A stretch of DNA of 64,000 bases, taken from positions 288,001 to 352,000 of the forward strand of contig OY820591.1 in the NCBI GenBank assembly GCA_963555985.3, read 5' to 3'. Of this stretch, positions 38,337-47,620 are shown in pieces. Under the pieces are notes generated by a model. That model worked only from the letters and a program-made list of their open reading frames with translations, ran no database searches and was not told the origin of the DNA. The stretch comes from Dehalococcoidia bacterium. Its GTDB lineage: Bacteria; Chloroflexota; Dehalococcoidia; Bin125. The position numbers and the translations under genes were made by a program. Numbering within the stretch: the first letter of the stretch is position 1; the number at the start of each line of letters is the position of its first letter.

Positions 38337-39431
38337 TCAATCGCGAGGTTTCGGTTCGGCGTGTGAGTCGGCCGGGTCCACTGTGTCGGGCAGGAATTGC
38401 CGGTACCAGCGACGCATGGCGTGCACCGGGCCGTCGTCGCGGCAGAGCACGGGACGAGCGCGGTAGACCTTGTTCTCCCAGATCTCGATGTCTTGTTGCC
38501 ACTGGGACACCCAGCCGCCGATCACGTACGAGACCAACAGTCTGGGCGCATGTCGATCAGCGAACCAGTGGAAGTGGACTCTCTGTTCCAGCGGCCCGAC
38601 CGGGAGAAGGGTCTGATACATCGCAATCTCGCCCACTTTGGGGATCGAGAAGCGAAAGATGATCACGCCGCCCGGTCCCCAGAACGACACCCGCGCATGT
38701 ACTTTGACTTGATCGATTCGGCGACCAAACAAGTTGAGCACCGCATCATCGAGTAGATGCATGGCCCAGGGACGCTCGTCATCGAGCATCCAATCGATTG
38801 AGTGTTCGACCTGGATTCCGCGTATGGGGATCGGTGTCCAGGGAATCAGGAACTGACCGTGCAGCGGCTGAAAGTGAGCGGAGTCGGCCACATTCTCGGC
38901 GAACTCGATGATGTGCATCCCTACGCGGCCGCCATCGTGGTGACCGCGATAGACGAAACGGCCGTCGTCCACTTCCTCAATCCGGGGGACATCGTAGGGA
39001 GGCGGGAGATCGTCGCCGTAGGCCGAGCGGTCGTGACGGTGATAGGCGAAGATCTGCCCGTGGACTTCTTGTACGGGAAACGGCCTGGTCAGGACGCCCG
39101 TGGGCGGGTGCTCGCTGTAGGGGATGTGCCGGACGCGACCATCGTTGTCGAATTGCCAGAGGTGGAAGGGGCACTCGATGCAGTCGCCGCGAACGCGCCC
39201 CAGCGCGAGGTTGGTTCCGAGATGCGGGCAGAAGGCGTCCATCAGATGTACGCGGCCGCTGTCCTGTTCGCGCCAGAGGACGAACTGACCGCCGAGGCAC
39301 TCGAGGTAGCGAGTCTGGCCGCGACGCAGCGATGCCGAGGCTGCCAGTCGATACCAGCCCTCGGGGTAGGGGTGGGGGTAGCTCGCCACTCGCGGCGCAT
39401 CGGAGACGCGCGGGGCGCGGCGGCGAATCAT
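38337..39431 (-). CDS. Rieske non-heme iron oxygenase, Neverland/DAF-36 or KshA type, copy 1
   Basis: PYPEGWY, CPHLG..CPFH Rieske ligands, ENVADSAHFQPLH iron site, DIEIWENK..DGPV..RRWYRQF. Confidence 0.85.
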   Translation of the reverse strand: MIRRRAPRVSDAPRVASYPHPYPEGWYRLAASASLRRGQTRYLECLGGQFVLWREQDSGRVHLMDAFCPHLGTNLALGRVRGDCIECPFHLWQFDNDGRVRHIPYSEHPPTGVLTRPFPVQEVHGQIFAYHRHDRSAYGDDLPPPYDVPRIEEVDDGRFVYRGHHDGGRVGMHIIEFAENVADSAHFQPLHGQFLIPWTPIPIRGIQVEHSIDWMLDDERPWAMHLLDDAVLNLFGRRIDQVKVHARVSFWGPGGVIIFRFSIPKVGEIAMYQTLLPVGPLEQRVHFHWFADRHAPRLLVSYVIGGWVSQWQQDIEIWENKVYRARPVLCRDDGPVHAMRRWYRQFLPDTVDPADSHAEPKPRD

Positions 39432-39543
39432 GGGTCCGAGGGCGACGGCGCGCTATCGACCGCCGGCTTGCGGGCGTCTGGTTGGGCGTTCGTCATAGCG
39501 GCAATGTAGCAAGCGTTGCGGTGGTTGGGTGTTTAGCGCCCTA

Positions 39544-40572
39544 CTAGTCCCCCCGGCAGAACGCCGCCACGTCTCGCGCGGTCGCCAGCGCCAGATCGGT
39601 GCACGGTAGGACCATGTTGTCGCCGCCGTGGATCGTGCCCATCACCTGCCGGCAGCGCGCCGACTGACCCGCGCGCAGCAGCAGACGATAGAACTCGATC
39701 CCCTCGTCGCGCAGCGGGTCGCACTCGTTGACGCTGATTACGGTTGTGGGGAATCCCTGGACATGCTCCTCGTTGGCGAACAGCGGCCAGGCCTCGGGAT
39801 CCTGCGCCTCGAACGCATCCATGCCATAGCCCATTCTGCCAAAGTTGCTGTGCGAATCGAGCCAGACTTCGTTGTTCTCGATCGACGAGGGCAGGTCATC
39901 GCGCGGCCTGCTCCCGGCGATGTCGGGGCACATGGCGTAGAGCCCGTTGACCAGCCCCGCATCGCCCTCGCGGGTCAACCGCAGACCAAGCGCGAGCGTG
40001 AGATTGCCGCCCCCGCTCTCGCCCGCGACGAGGATCCGGCTCGCGTCGATGCCGAACTCGTCCGCCTGCGAGATCAACCAGCGCAGTCCGGACACGCAGT
40101 CGTTCAACCCCGCTGGATATGGCGCAATCTCCGGCGCCGACGATGGGATCACGCAGTTGCGGAAGTCGACCATCGCCACGGCCACGCCCTGGTTCGCGAT
40201 CATCCGCCCCCAGGCTTGGTAGCCCAGGTCGAAGGCCGATGTGACCGCCATGCCGCCGCCGTGGATGTGGTACACGCAGGCCAGCGGAGCGTCGGACTTA
40301 GGCCGCATCAGTGAGACCTGAATCGTGTTGCCGTCCGGTTCCGAGACGAACGTCTCGGTGGTGATCGTCAAGCCCTCGGACGGTGCGACAGCCTCCGCCT
40401 CTTCCTCCGTGAACAGCGTCGTCGCGTGCAGGCCCTCAAGCACCTCCGGCGCATTCATCGCCGCAACTAGCTCTTCTCGCGAGTCGAAGTTCGGCAGCGG
40501 AAATGCCGACAGCCCGCCAAACATCTCCTTGATTCGCGGGTCGATTCGGGGGTCCTCAGTCATCCGGCTCAC
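39544..40572 (-). CDS. HSL-family esterase (alpha/beta hydrolase fold 3)
   Basis: HGGG, GESGGG, DPLRDEG, HG; probable GTG start at 40572 after GGAG. Confidence 0.88.
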   Translation of the reverse strand: MSRMTEDPRIDPRIKEMFGGLSAFPLPNFDSREELVAAMNAPEVLEGLHATTLFTEEEAEAVAPSEGLTITTETFVSEPDGNTIQVSLMRPKSDAPLACVYHIHGGGMAVTSAFDLGYQAWGRMIANQGVAVAMVDFRNCVIPSSAPEIAPYPAGLNDCVSGLRWLISQADEFGIDASRILVAGESGGGNLTLALGLRLTREGDAGLVNGLYAMCPDIAGSRPRDDLPSSIENNEVWLDSHSNFGRMGYGMDAFEAQDPEAWPLFANEEHVQGFPTTVISVNECDPLRDEGIEFYRLLLRAGQSARCRQVMGTIHGGDNMVLPCTDLALATARDVAAFCRGD

Positions 40573-40599
40573 GAGTCGCTCCTGCCTTGATCCTGGCTC

Positions 40600-40988
40600 G
40601 GACATGTTCAGACTGCGCGAAGTGCGTCGGGGCTGTTTGGCGGGAGAATTTCGGAGGGATTGAGCGGATCTCCTGGCGAGCGCTGAGGATCGTGCGTTTG
40701 AGGGTCTGGATTTGTCCAGATTTGTCCAGATCTGTCTGGATTCGTCTGGATTGATCTCGATTCGGGCGGATTTTTTCCAGGCGAATCCGGGCTTGTCCAG
40801 CGCCGTCCGGGTTTGGAGCGAGTCGTTTGTGGGACACAGCGGTCTCCGATTGGATTCGTGCGCGTATATGTTCTGAGCATACCCGGTTTCGGCTCGGTGG
40901 AGGAGGGCGGGGCAGGGAGCGCCGAGGCTCAGTCTCGAGACCAGCGCGCGTGCGGGCCGACCGCGCTCGTGGTTGTGTGAACAGGCCC
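40600..40988. mobile_element. ~389-bp non-autonomous element (MITE-like), copy 1
   Basis: Colinear, same length and about 90% identical by eye to 60323-60711; ends GGACATGTTCA..TGAACAGGCCC; TC on both flanks. Confidence 0.75.
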
Positions 40989-41777
40989 TCAGACCTCACT
41001 GTGAGCCTCAGCCAGCAGTTCATCGAGCACGGTGTTGTACGCGGCCGGCAGCTCCCAGTAGACCGAATGCCCGCCGGTTGGCACCTCAACGTAGCGGGCG
41101 TGCGGGATCAGCTTGGCCGCCTCCTGCACGATGGCCGGCGGCACCAGTTCGTCCTCGGAGCCGGAGAGCAGCACGACGGGCATGTTGAGATTGCCGAGTT
41201 CCTCGTTGGAAGCGGCTCCGCCCTCGACGCCGAAGCCCGCCCGCACCATCTGATCCAGCGACGGGTTCAGCGCTCGAATCTGGTTGTAGAGGAAGACGCC
41301 TTCGGGCGAACGCTCGCGGTAGGCCGGCCCGACCATCCGATTTTGCTGGAGCACCGCCGGCGCATTTGCGGCCTGTTTCTGGAATTCGGCAACCAGCCCT
41401 TCGTCGCCGAATCCGATGATCGTGCCGGACAACAGCAGCGCTGTGACTCGCTCAGGGTTGCGCACGGCATAGGGCAGGACGCTGAAGCCGCCCAGCGACT
41501 GTCCGGCCAGCGCGGCCCGCCCGATCTCAAGATGATCCATCAGTTCGCCGAGGTCGCGCGGATGAGCTGCGTTGCCCTCGCGGGAGCGATCCTCGCTGCG
41601 CCCGAAGCTGCGCACGTCATAGGTCACGCAGCGAAACCGATCGCTGAAGTGAGGAATCTGGTTCCACCAACTCAGATGATTCCCCCCACCCCCGTGGACG
41701 AACACAATCGCCTCTGGCCCCTCGCCGAACTCCTCGTAGAACAGCGTGCCGCCGGTCACTTCAAGCATTTCGGGCAT
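40989..41777 (-). CDS. Alpha/beta hydrolase
   Basis: HGGGG, DVRSFGRS, GQSLGG, GSEDELVP, GHSVYWE. Confidence 0.88.
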   Translation of the reverse strand: MPEMLEVTGGTLFYEEFGEGPEAIVFVHGGGGNHLSWWNQIPHFSDRFRCVTYDVRSFGRSEDRSREGNAAHPRDLGELMDHLEIGRAALAGQSLGGFSVLPYAVRNPERVTALLLSGTIIGFGDEGLVAEFQKQAANAPAVLQQNRMVGPAYRERSPEGVFLYNQIRALNPSLDQMVRAGFGVEGGAASNEELGNLNMPVVLLSGSEDELVPPAIVQEAAKLIPHARYVEVPTGGHSVYWELPAAYNTVLDELLAEAHSEV

Positions 41778-41908
41778 CTGGGTCTCCTGTCTCGCTGCCG
41801 ATCCCTTCAGAGGGTATGACTGGGGCTTCGAGCCGATCCATACGGCCGCGTAGATTCGTTAGCCTCGCTTCGCACGGAACATCGCGCTCTGACACGAGGG
41901 AGTCGAAG

Positions 41909-43516
41909 ATGGAGTTGCTCTTCACCGGCGGGCGTGTGCTGACGATGGATGCGCTCGATCGCATCGCTTCGGGTGTCGCGGTGCGCGATGGCCGGATCGT
42001 CGCGGTCGGAGAGAGCGACGAGGTACGCAACGCGGTCAGTCCCGACGCGACCCACGTCGAATTGCAGGGACGCGCCCTGATCCCAGGCTTCTGCGACCCG
42101 CACAATCACTTCTCGATGACGACGTTTGAGCCGCGCTCGGTCGATTGCCGCATTCCGCCGCTGGCAGGGAAGCCGGCTGTGCTTGATGCGATCGCGGTTG
42201 CCGCGGCTGGAAGTCCGGCCGGGCAGTGGGTCTGGGGTCTCGGCTACAGCGCGCGACATGCGAACGGCGGTTGGCTGACCCGCTCCGAACTGGACGACGC
42301 GGCTCCGAACAATCCAGTTTGCGTGATGGACTTCTCCTATCACGCCAGTTACGCCAACTCCGCGGCGATGGCGATTGCGGGGATCAATTTCGAGACTCCC
42401 GATCCGCGCGGCGGCCAGATTCTGCGAGACGAGAGCGGCGAGGCGACGGGGATGCTCTACGAGCGGGCGTCCGATCTCGTCCACCACGCTTCGATGCGGG
42501 CGCACATCGACACGCTCGGACCTGAGGTCGTAGCTGATCTCGTTGAGCAGAACGCGCTGCGTCATCTGTCGCATGGGGTGACTAGCGTGGGCGACGCGGT
42601 GGTCATGCCGGAAAGCGCGGAGATGTACCGCCTCGCCGACGAGCGCGGCAAGCTGCCGATCGTAATTCATCAGATGCGGGGCGGGAACGGCTTCTTCGCC
42701 GCGCCCGAGGCGGCGGCAGGCGGGGCGTTCTTGCAGGACGACGTGTCGGATCGGCTGCGGGGCGGGATCGTGAAGCTGTTCATGGATCCGGTCTATCCCT
42801 CGAACGCGCTGCGCAAGTGCCACGCGGACGGCACGTTTGAGGATGTGGGCGAGCCGTACTACAACCAAGATGAGGTGGATCAGCTCGTGCTGAACGCCGC
42901 TTCGCACGGCTTGCAGACGGCGATTCACTGTCTCGGCAATCGCGCCATTGAGCAGGCGCTCAACACCTACGAACGTGTCCAGCGCGAGATTGCGCGCAGC
43001 GACGCCCGCTACCGGATCGAGCACTTCTTCTTTGCGGATCCGGGTCAGATGGAGCGGGCAGCGTCGCTTGGGGTGATCATCTCGCACCAGCCCGCCTTCC
43101 TCTATTCGGTCGGGCAGGGGTTCGTCGATTTCATCGCGGATGCGGGCCTCACGATCCCGCCGCTGCCCTACCGCTCGTTCCTCGACGCGGGCGTGACGGT
43201 GGCGTCGGGTTCGGATTTCCCCTGCGCGCCGGTCGAACCGCTGCTTGGTCTCTACGGGTTGACCGCGCGTCGCTCGCGCGACGGCGATCTGATCGCAGAG
43301 GAGGAAACGCTTTCGCCGCTCGAAGCGCTGCGCACACAGACGATCAACTCGGCGGTTGCGATGTTCCGCGATCACGAGGTCGGCTCAATCGAAGTCGGCA
43401 AACGCGCCGATTTGGTCGTCCTGAGCCACGACCCGTCGTTGGTGGACGCCGAGTACATCCGCGAGATCGTGGTTCAGCAGACGTACGTTGACGGTGAGCT
43501 GAAGTACGCGGTCTAA
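41909..43516 (+). CDS. Amidohydrolase 3 (YtcJ/NfdA-like), tandem copy A
   Basis: PGFCDPHNH, HCLGNRA, RIEH, SGSDFP, GSIEVGKRADLVVL. Confidence 0.88.
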   Translation: MELLFTGGRVLTMDALDRIASGVAVRDGRIVAVGESDEVRNAVSPDATHVELQGRALIPGFCDPHNHFSMTTFEPRSVDCRIPPLAGKPAVLDAIAVAAAGSPAGQWVWGLGYSARHANGGWLTRSELDDAAPNNPVCVMDFSYHASYANSAAMAIAGINFETPDPRGGQILRDESGEATGMLYERASDLVHHASMRAHIDTLGPEVVADLVEQNALRHLSHGVTSVGDAVVMPESAEMYRLADERGKLPIVIHQMRGGNGFFAAPEAAAGGAFLQDDVSDRLRGGIVKLFMDPVYPSNALRKCHADGTFEDVGEPYYNQDEVDQLVLNAASHGLQTAIHCLGNRAIEQALNTYERVQREIARSDARYRIEHFFFADPGQMERAASLGVIISHQPAFLYSVGQGFVDFIADAGLTIPPLPYRSFLDAGVTVASGSDFPCAPVEPLLGLYGLTARRSRDGDLIAEEETLSPLEALRTQTINSAVAMFRDHEVGSIEVGKRADLVVLSHDPSLVDAEYIREIVVQQTYVDGELKYAV

Positions 43517-43552
43517 CAGGCTGAATGAACAGTCTGCGCGTTAGCGCTCATT

Positions 43553-43603
43553 GCTCTCCCCCCGCATTGCGGGGGGAGATGTCCCGTAGGGACGGAGGAG
43601 GGC
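43553..43603. repeat. REP-like family A repeat (empty form)
   Basis: CTCTCCCCCCGCATTGCGGGGGGAGATGTCCCGTAGGGACGGAGGAGGG. Confidence 0.8.
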
Positions 43604-43677
43604 GACCAGAACCAGCGCAACGAAATCGCTAGCCTCTGCGCGCCACTGATAAATCCTGCGCAACCGAGGAGTTGATC

Positions 43678-45294
43678 ATGGAACTGCTATTCACCGGCGG
43701 ACGAGTACTGACGATCGATCCGCTCGATCGCATTGTCTCCGGCGTTGCCGTGCGCGACGGCCGGATCGTCGCGGTCGGCGACAGCGATGAGGTGCGCAAC
43801 GCGGTTGGGCCTGACGCGACCCACGTCGATCTGCGCGGCCGTGCGCTCGTGCCCGGTTTCTGCGACCCGCACAACCACTTCTCGATGACCACCTTCGAGC
43901 CGCGCTCGGTCGACTGCCGCACGCCGCCGCTGGCAGGACCGCGGCAGGTACTTGACGCCATCGCGGCGGCGGCGGCCGGCAGTCCGGACGGGCAGTGGAT
44001 TTGGGGTTTGGGTTTCGCCGCCCGCAACTTTGAGCCTTCCGGCGATGATGTGCTGCACCGCCGCGAGTTGGACGAGGCCGCGCCGAACAATCCGGTCTGC
44101 GTGATGGACTCTTCCTATCACGCCTGCTACGCCAACTCGGCGGCGATGGCGCTGGTCGGCATCAACCGCGATACGCCGAATCCGCCCGGCGGCGAGATTC
44201 GCAAGGACGACCACGGCGAGCCGAACGGGATTCTGTGGGAGCGGGCGATGGACCCGGTGCATCATGCCTCGATGCGCTCGTATATCGACACGTTCGGCCC
44301 CGAGGTCGTGGCCGGCTTGGTCGAGCAGAATGCGCGCCGCCACCTCTCGCACGGAATCACCAGCGTCGGCGATGCGTTGGTGATGCCCGAAAGCGCGGAG
44401 ATCTATCGGCTGACCGATGAACGCGGCCAGCTGCCGATCGTGATCCACCAGATGCGAGGCGGGCCGGGCTTCTTCGCTGCGCCCGAGGACGCTGCCGGCG
44501 GCGCGTTCATGGAAGACGATGTTTCCGACCGGCTGCGCGGCGGGATCGTCAAGATTTTTATGGACCCGGTCTGGCCGAGTCCGGCGCTGGAAATCTGCCA
44601 TGCCGATGGGACGACCAATCCGGTGGGCGAGCCGTACTACGGGCAGGAAGAGGTTGATCACCTCGTGCTCGACGCCGCCTCGCACGGGTTGCAGGTGGCG
44701 ATTCACTGCATCGGGAACCGCGCCATCGACCAGGCGTTGAATGCGTTTGAGCGTGCTCAGCGGGAGTATCCGCGCGATGATCCGCGTTACCGGATTGAGC
44801 ACTTCAGCTTCGGTCTGGCGGAGCAGATGGAGCGGGCGCGCTCGCTCGGCGTGATCGTTTCGCACCAGCCGCCCTTCCTGAACGCGATTGGCGAGTACTT
44901 CGAGATGCGGATCGCCGAAACGGGACTGGACGCGATCCCGATCCCCTATCGCTCAATGCTGGACGCGGGCGTCTTCGTCGCCTCCGGCTCCGACTTTCCC
45001 TGCGCTCCGGTCGAACCTCTGCTCGGCCTCTATGGATTGGTCGGGCGGACGGCGCGCGACGGTCATCAGGTCGCGCCGGACGAAACGATCGCTCCGCTCG
45101 AAGCCATCCGCACCTACACGCTCAACTCCGCTACGGCCATGTTCCGCGAGCACGAGGTCGGCTCGATCGAGGTCGGCAAGCGCGCCGATCTGGTCGTGAT
45201 GAGTCACGATCCGACGCTGGTGGATCCGACCTTTATCCGCGAGATCGTGGTGCAGCAGACGTATATCGATGGAGACTTGGTGTATTCGATGTAG
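43678..45294 (+). CDS. Amidohydrolase 3 (YtcJ/NfdA-like), tandem copy B
   Basis: Same motifs as copy A; long identical stretches such as PGFCDPHNHFSMTTFEPRSVDCR. Confidence 0.88.
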   Translation: MELLFTGGRVLTIDPLDRIVSGVAVRDGRIVAVGDSDEVRNAVGPDATHVDLRGRALVPGFCDPHNHFSMTTFEPRSVDCRTPPLAGPRQVLDAIAAAAAGSPDGQWIWGLGFAARNFEPSGDDVLHRRELDEAAPNNPVCVMDSSYHACYANSAAMALVGINRDTPNPPGGEIRKDDHGEPNGILWERAMDPVHHASMRSYIDTFGPEVVAGLVEQNARRHLSHGITSVGDALVMPESAEIYRLTDERGQLPIVIHQMRGGPGFFAAPEDAAGGAFMEDDVSDRLRGGIVKIFMDPVWPSPALEICHADGTTNPVGEPYYGQEEVDHLVLDAASHGLQVAIHCIGNRAIDQALNAFERAQREYPRDDPRYRIEHFSFGLAEQMERARSLGVIVSHQPPFLNAIGEYFEMRIAETGLDAIPIPYRSMLDAGVFVASGSDFPCAPVEPLLGLYGLVGRTARDGHQVAPDETIAPLEAIRTYTLNSATAMFREHEVGSIEVGKRADLVVMSHDPTLVDPTFIREIVVQQTYIDGDLVYSM

Positions 45295-45308
45295 GGGGCT
45301 GACATGCG

Positions 45309-46418
45309 CTAATCGCGAGTCCAGGCTTGGCCGTCCGTGTCCGCTTTGGGCAGGAATTGTTGATACCAGCGGCGCATCTCGTAGACCGGGCCGTCGTCTC
45401 GGCAGAGCTTCGGCTGAGGGATGTGGACCTTGTTCTCCCAGATGTCGACATCTTGAGGCAACTGCGAGGCCCAGCTTCCGATCACGTACCAGACCAACCA
45501 GCGAGGCAGTCTGCGGTCGGCGAACCAGCGGTAGTCCACCTGCTGTTCGAGCGGGCTGATGGGGAGGAAAGTCTTGTACATGGCGATTTCGCCTCGGCCA
45601 GGGAGGTCGAAGCGAAAGAGCAGCAGGCTGCCGGGGCCGAAGTAGGAGACGCGCACGCGGGCTTCGGTGCGCATGGACAGGCGGCCAAAGATTCGCAAGA
45701 GCACGTAGTCATCGAAGTGCATCAGCCAGGGATGGTCCTCGTCCAGCGTCCACTTGGCCGTGTGCACGATCTCAATGCCCGGGATCGGCACTTGCGTCCA
45801 GGGCACTCGAAACTGCCCGTGCAGCGCCTGGAAGTGGGCCGTGTCCACCGCGTTGTCGGCGATCTCGATGATGTGCATCCGCACGCGGCCGACATTGCGA
45901 TGACCGCGCATGAGGAAACGTTCCTCGTCTACTTCGGGGATGCGCGGGACATCATACGGAGGCGGTGAAGCCTCATCGTCCGATGAACCGTCGCTGCGGT
46001 GGTAGAGGAACAACTGACCGTGGACTTCTTGGAGCGGATACGTCCGTGCCAGGACGCGGTTCGGAGGCAGGTCGCTGTAGGGAATATGCGCGACGCGGCC
46101 ATCTCCGCTGAATTGCCAGAGGTGGAACGGGCACTCGAGACAGTCGCCGCGAACACGTCCGCGAGCGAGGTTGGCGCCCAGATGCGGGCAGAAGGCGTCC
46201 AGCAGATGGATTTCGCCGCTGTCCCGTTCACGCCAGAGGACAAAGCGCTTGCCCAGGCATTCGAGCTCACGAATCTCGCCGGGGCGAATGGAGTCGGTTG
46301 ACGCCAGTCGATACCAGCCCGTGGGGTAGGGATGGGGGTAGCCCTCCGCCTGTTGCGTTTCCCAGCGCGCTTCCAGAAGCGGGGAGTTGCCGTCGCGTCG
46401 GCGCCTGAGACTCAGCAT
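45309..46418 (-). CDS. Rieske non-heme iron oxygenase, Neverland/DAF-36 (sterol 7-desaturase) or KshA type, copy 2
   Basis: PYPTGWY, CPHLG..CPFH, DNAVDTAHFQALH, DVDIWENK..DGPVYEMRRWYQQF; start overlaps the SMT stop. Confidence 0.85.
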   Translation of the reverse strand: MLSLRRRRDGNSPLLEARWETQQAEGYPHPYPTGWYRLASTDSIRPGEIRELECLGKRFVLWRERDSGEIHLLDAFCPHLGANLARGRVRGDCLECPFHLWQFSGDGRVAHIPYSDLPPNRVLARTYPLQEVHGQLFLYHRSDGSSDDEASPPPYDVPRIPEVDEERFLMRGHRNVGRVRMHIIEIADNAVDTAHFQALHGQFRVPWTQVPIPGIEIVHTAKWTLDEDHPWLMHFDDYVLLRIFGRLSMRTEARVRVSYFGPGSLLLFRFDLPGRGEIAMYKTFLPISPLEQQVDYRWFADRRLPRWLVWYVIGSWASQLPQDVDIWENKVHIPQPKLCRDDGPVYEMRRWYQQFLPKADTDGQAWTRD

Positions 46419-47473
46419 GGCGTCTCTTCGTCAGCGGGGGGCTTTCGAGCGTGGATGAGGAAGCTGGGGGTGAAGATTTCGAGTTGGCCGGCTTCGACGA
46501 GGGCGTCGGCGGCGATGTTGAGGAAGCTTGCGGTTTCGCTAGTTCCCGCCGGGGCGATGCGCAGCGTTTCGAGGAAATTCGTGACGGCCGCGGTGAAGCG
46601 GCGACCGACGGGCGTCCGCGCCCATGAGCTCAGGGAGAAGTCGCGTCCCTGCAGCGCCATGTACCAGGGCGTGTCGGGGTTGCCGTTGGCGGCCTGCTGG
46701 TCGATGGCCTGGATGATCTCGAAGCCGGCCTGTCGAACGACCTCCACATGCTGTTCGGTGGTGGGCAGGTCGGGCACGGCGTTGGTGGTCTCGATGCGGT
46801 TGCGGATGTCCTGATGCTGGGGATTGTCGGGGTCGAAGCGATCGGTGAGGCACCAATCGACGATCGCCATTTCGGCGCCGGGCTTGAGTAGGCGGTAGAG
46901 CTCGCGGAAGAGGAGCAGGTTGTTGGGGGCGTGGCAGACGGCCTCGAAGGAGTAGATGGCGTCGAAGGTCTCGTCCTCGAGGGGGACGTCCATGAAGTTG
47001 GCGTAGAGGAAGTGGCAGGTTTGTTGCAGTCCGGCCTTGTCGACCATGTGTCGGCCGCGCTCGATCTGGTAGGTGTTGTAGTTGATGCCGGTGATGTTGG
47101 CGCCGGTCGCTTTAGCGATCGTGACCAGCGGCCCGCCGACGCCGCAGCCGAGATCGGCGACGTCCATACCCGGCTTGAGCCGCAGGATCTCTCCGATTTC
47201 TTCGTCGTGCCGTCGCTGGGAGGCGGCCAGGTTCTCTCCGGGCCGGCGGGGCGAGAAGTGGAAGGTCGAGCCCCAGCCGAATTCGTAGAACCGCGTGACG
47301 GCGTCGTAGAAGCGGCTGACCAGCCTGGGCTGTTCGGCGATTCTCGCGGCGTCTTCCTGCGATTCGCTCAGTTCCTTGATCTGCTGGTAGTCGTGCAGCG
47401 CCTCGCGGATTCCGCTGTTCGGGTTGGCTTCACCGCTCGGTGGGGTGCGGGTCTCCGGTTGGACTTTGGCCAT
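46412..47473 (-). CDS. smt: Sterol C24-methyltransferase (ERG6/SMT-like)
   Basis: SMT region I FYEFGWGSTFHF, SAM motif DLGCGVGGP, FEAVCHAP (cf. IEATCHAP), C-terminal PWY and IFTPSFLIHARKP. Confidence 0.9.
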   Translation of the reverse strand: MAKVQPETRTPPSGEANPNSGIREALHDYQQIKELSESQEDAARIAEQPRLVSRFYDAVTRFYEFGWGSTFHFSPRRPGENLAASQRRHDEEIGEILRLKPGMDVADLGCGVGGPLVTIAKATGANITGINYNTYQIERGRHMVDKAGLQQTCHFLYANFMDVPLEDETFDAIYSFEAVCHAPNNLLLFRELYRLLKPGAEMAIVDWCLTDRFDPDNPQHQDIRNRIETTNAVPDLPTTEQHVEVVRQAGFEIIQAIDQQAANGNPDTPWYMALQGRDFSLSSWARTPVGRRFTAAVTNFLETLRIAPAGTSETASFLNIAADALVEAGQLEIFTPSFLIHARKPPADEETPC

Positions 47474-47620
47474 GGCCGCCTCTCGCGAGTCTTTGCGTTC
47501 GAGCCATGATAGCGTCCTGAATATTCACCTCAAATTCATTACAAGAGATTCAGAACTGCAAGCAAGACACGATACCGATCCTCTACCGCTCAATGATCGG
47601 TACAGGTTGACTGTCAGCTT

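Noticed and set aside
40704-40812. CRISPR array
   Set aside because: Units are 10 bp and contiguous with no unique spacers; no cas genes in the window.
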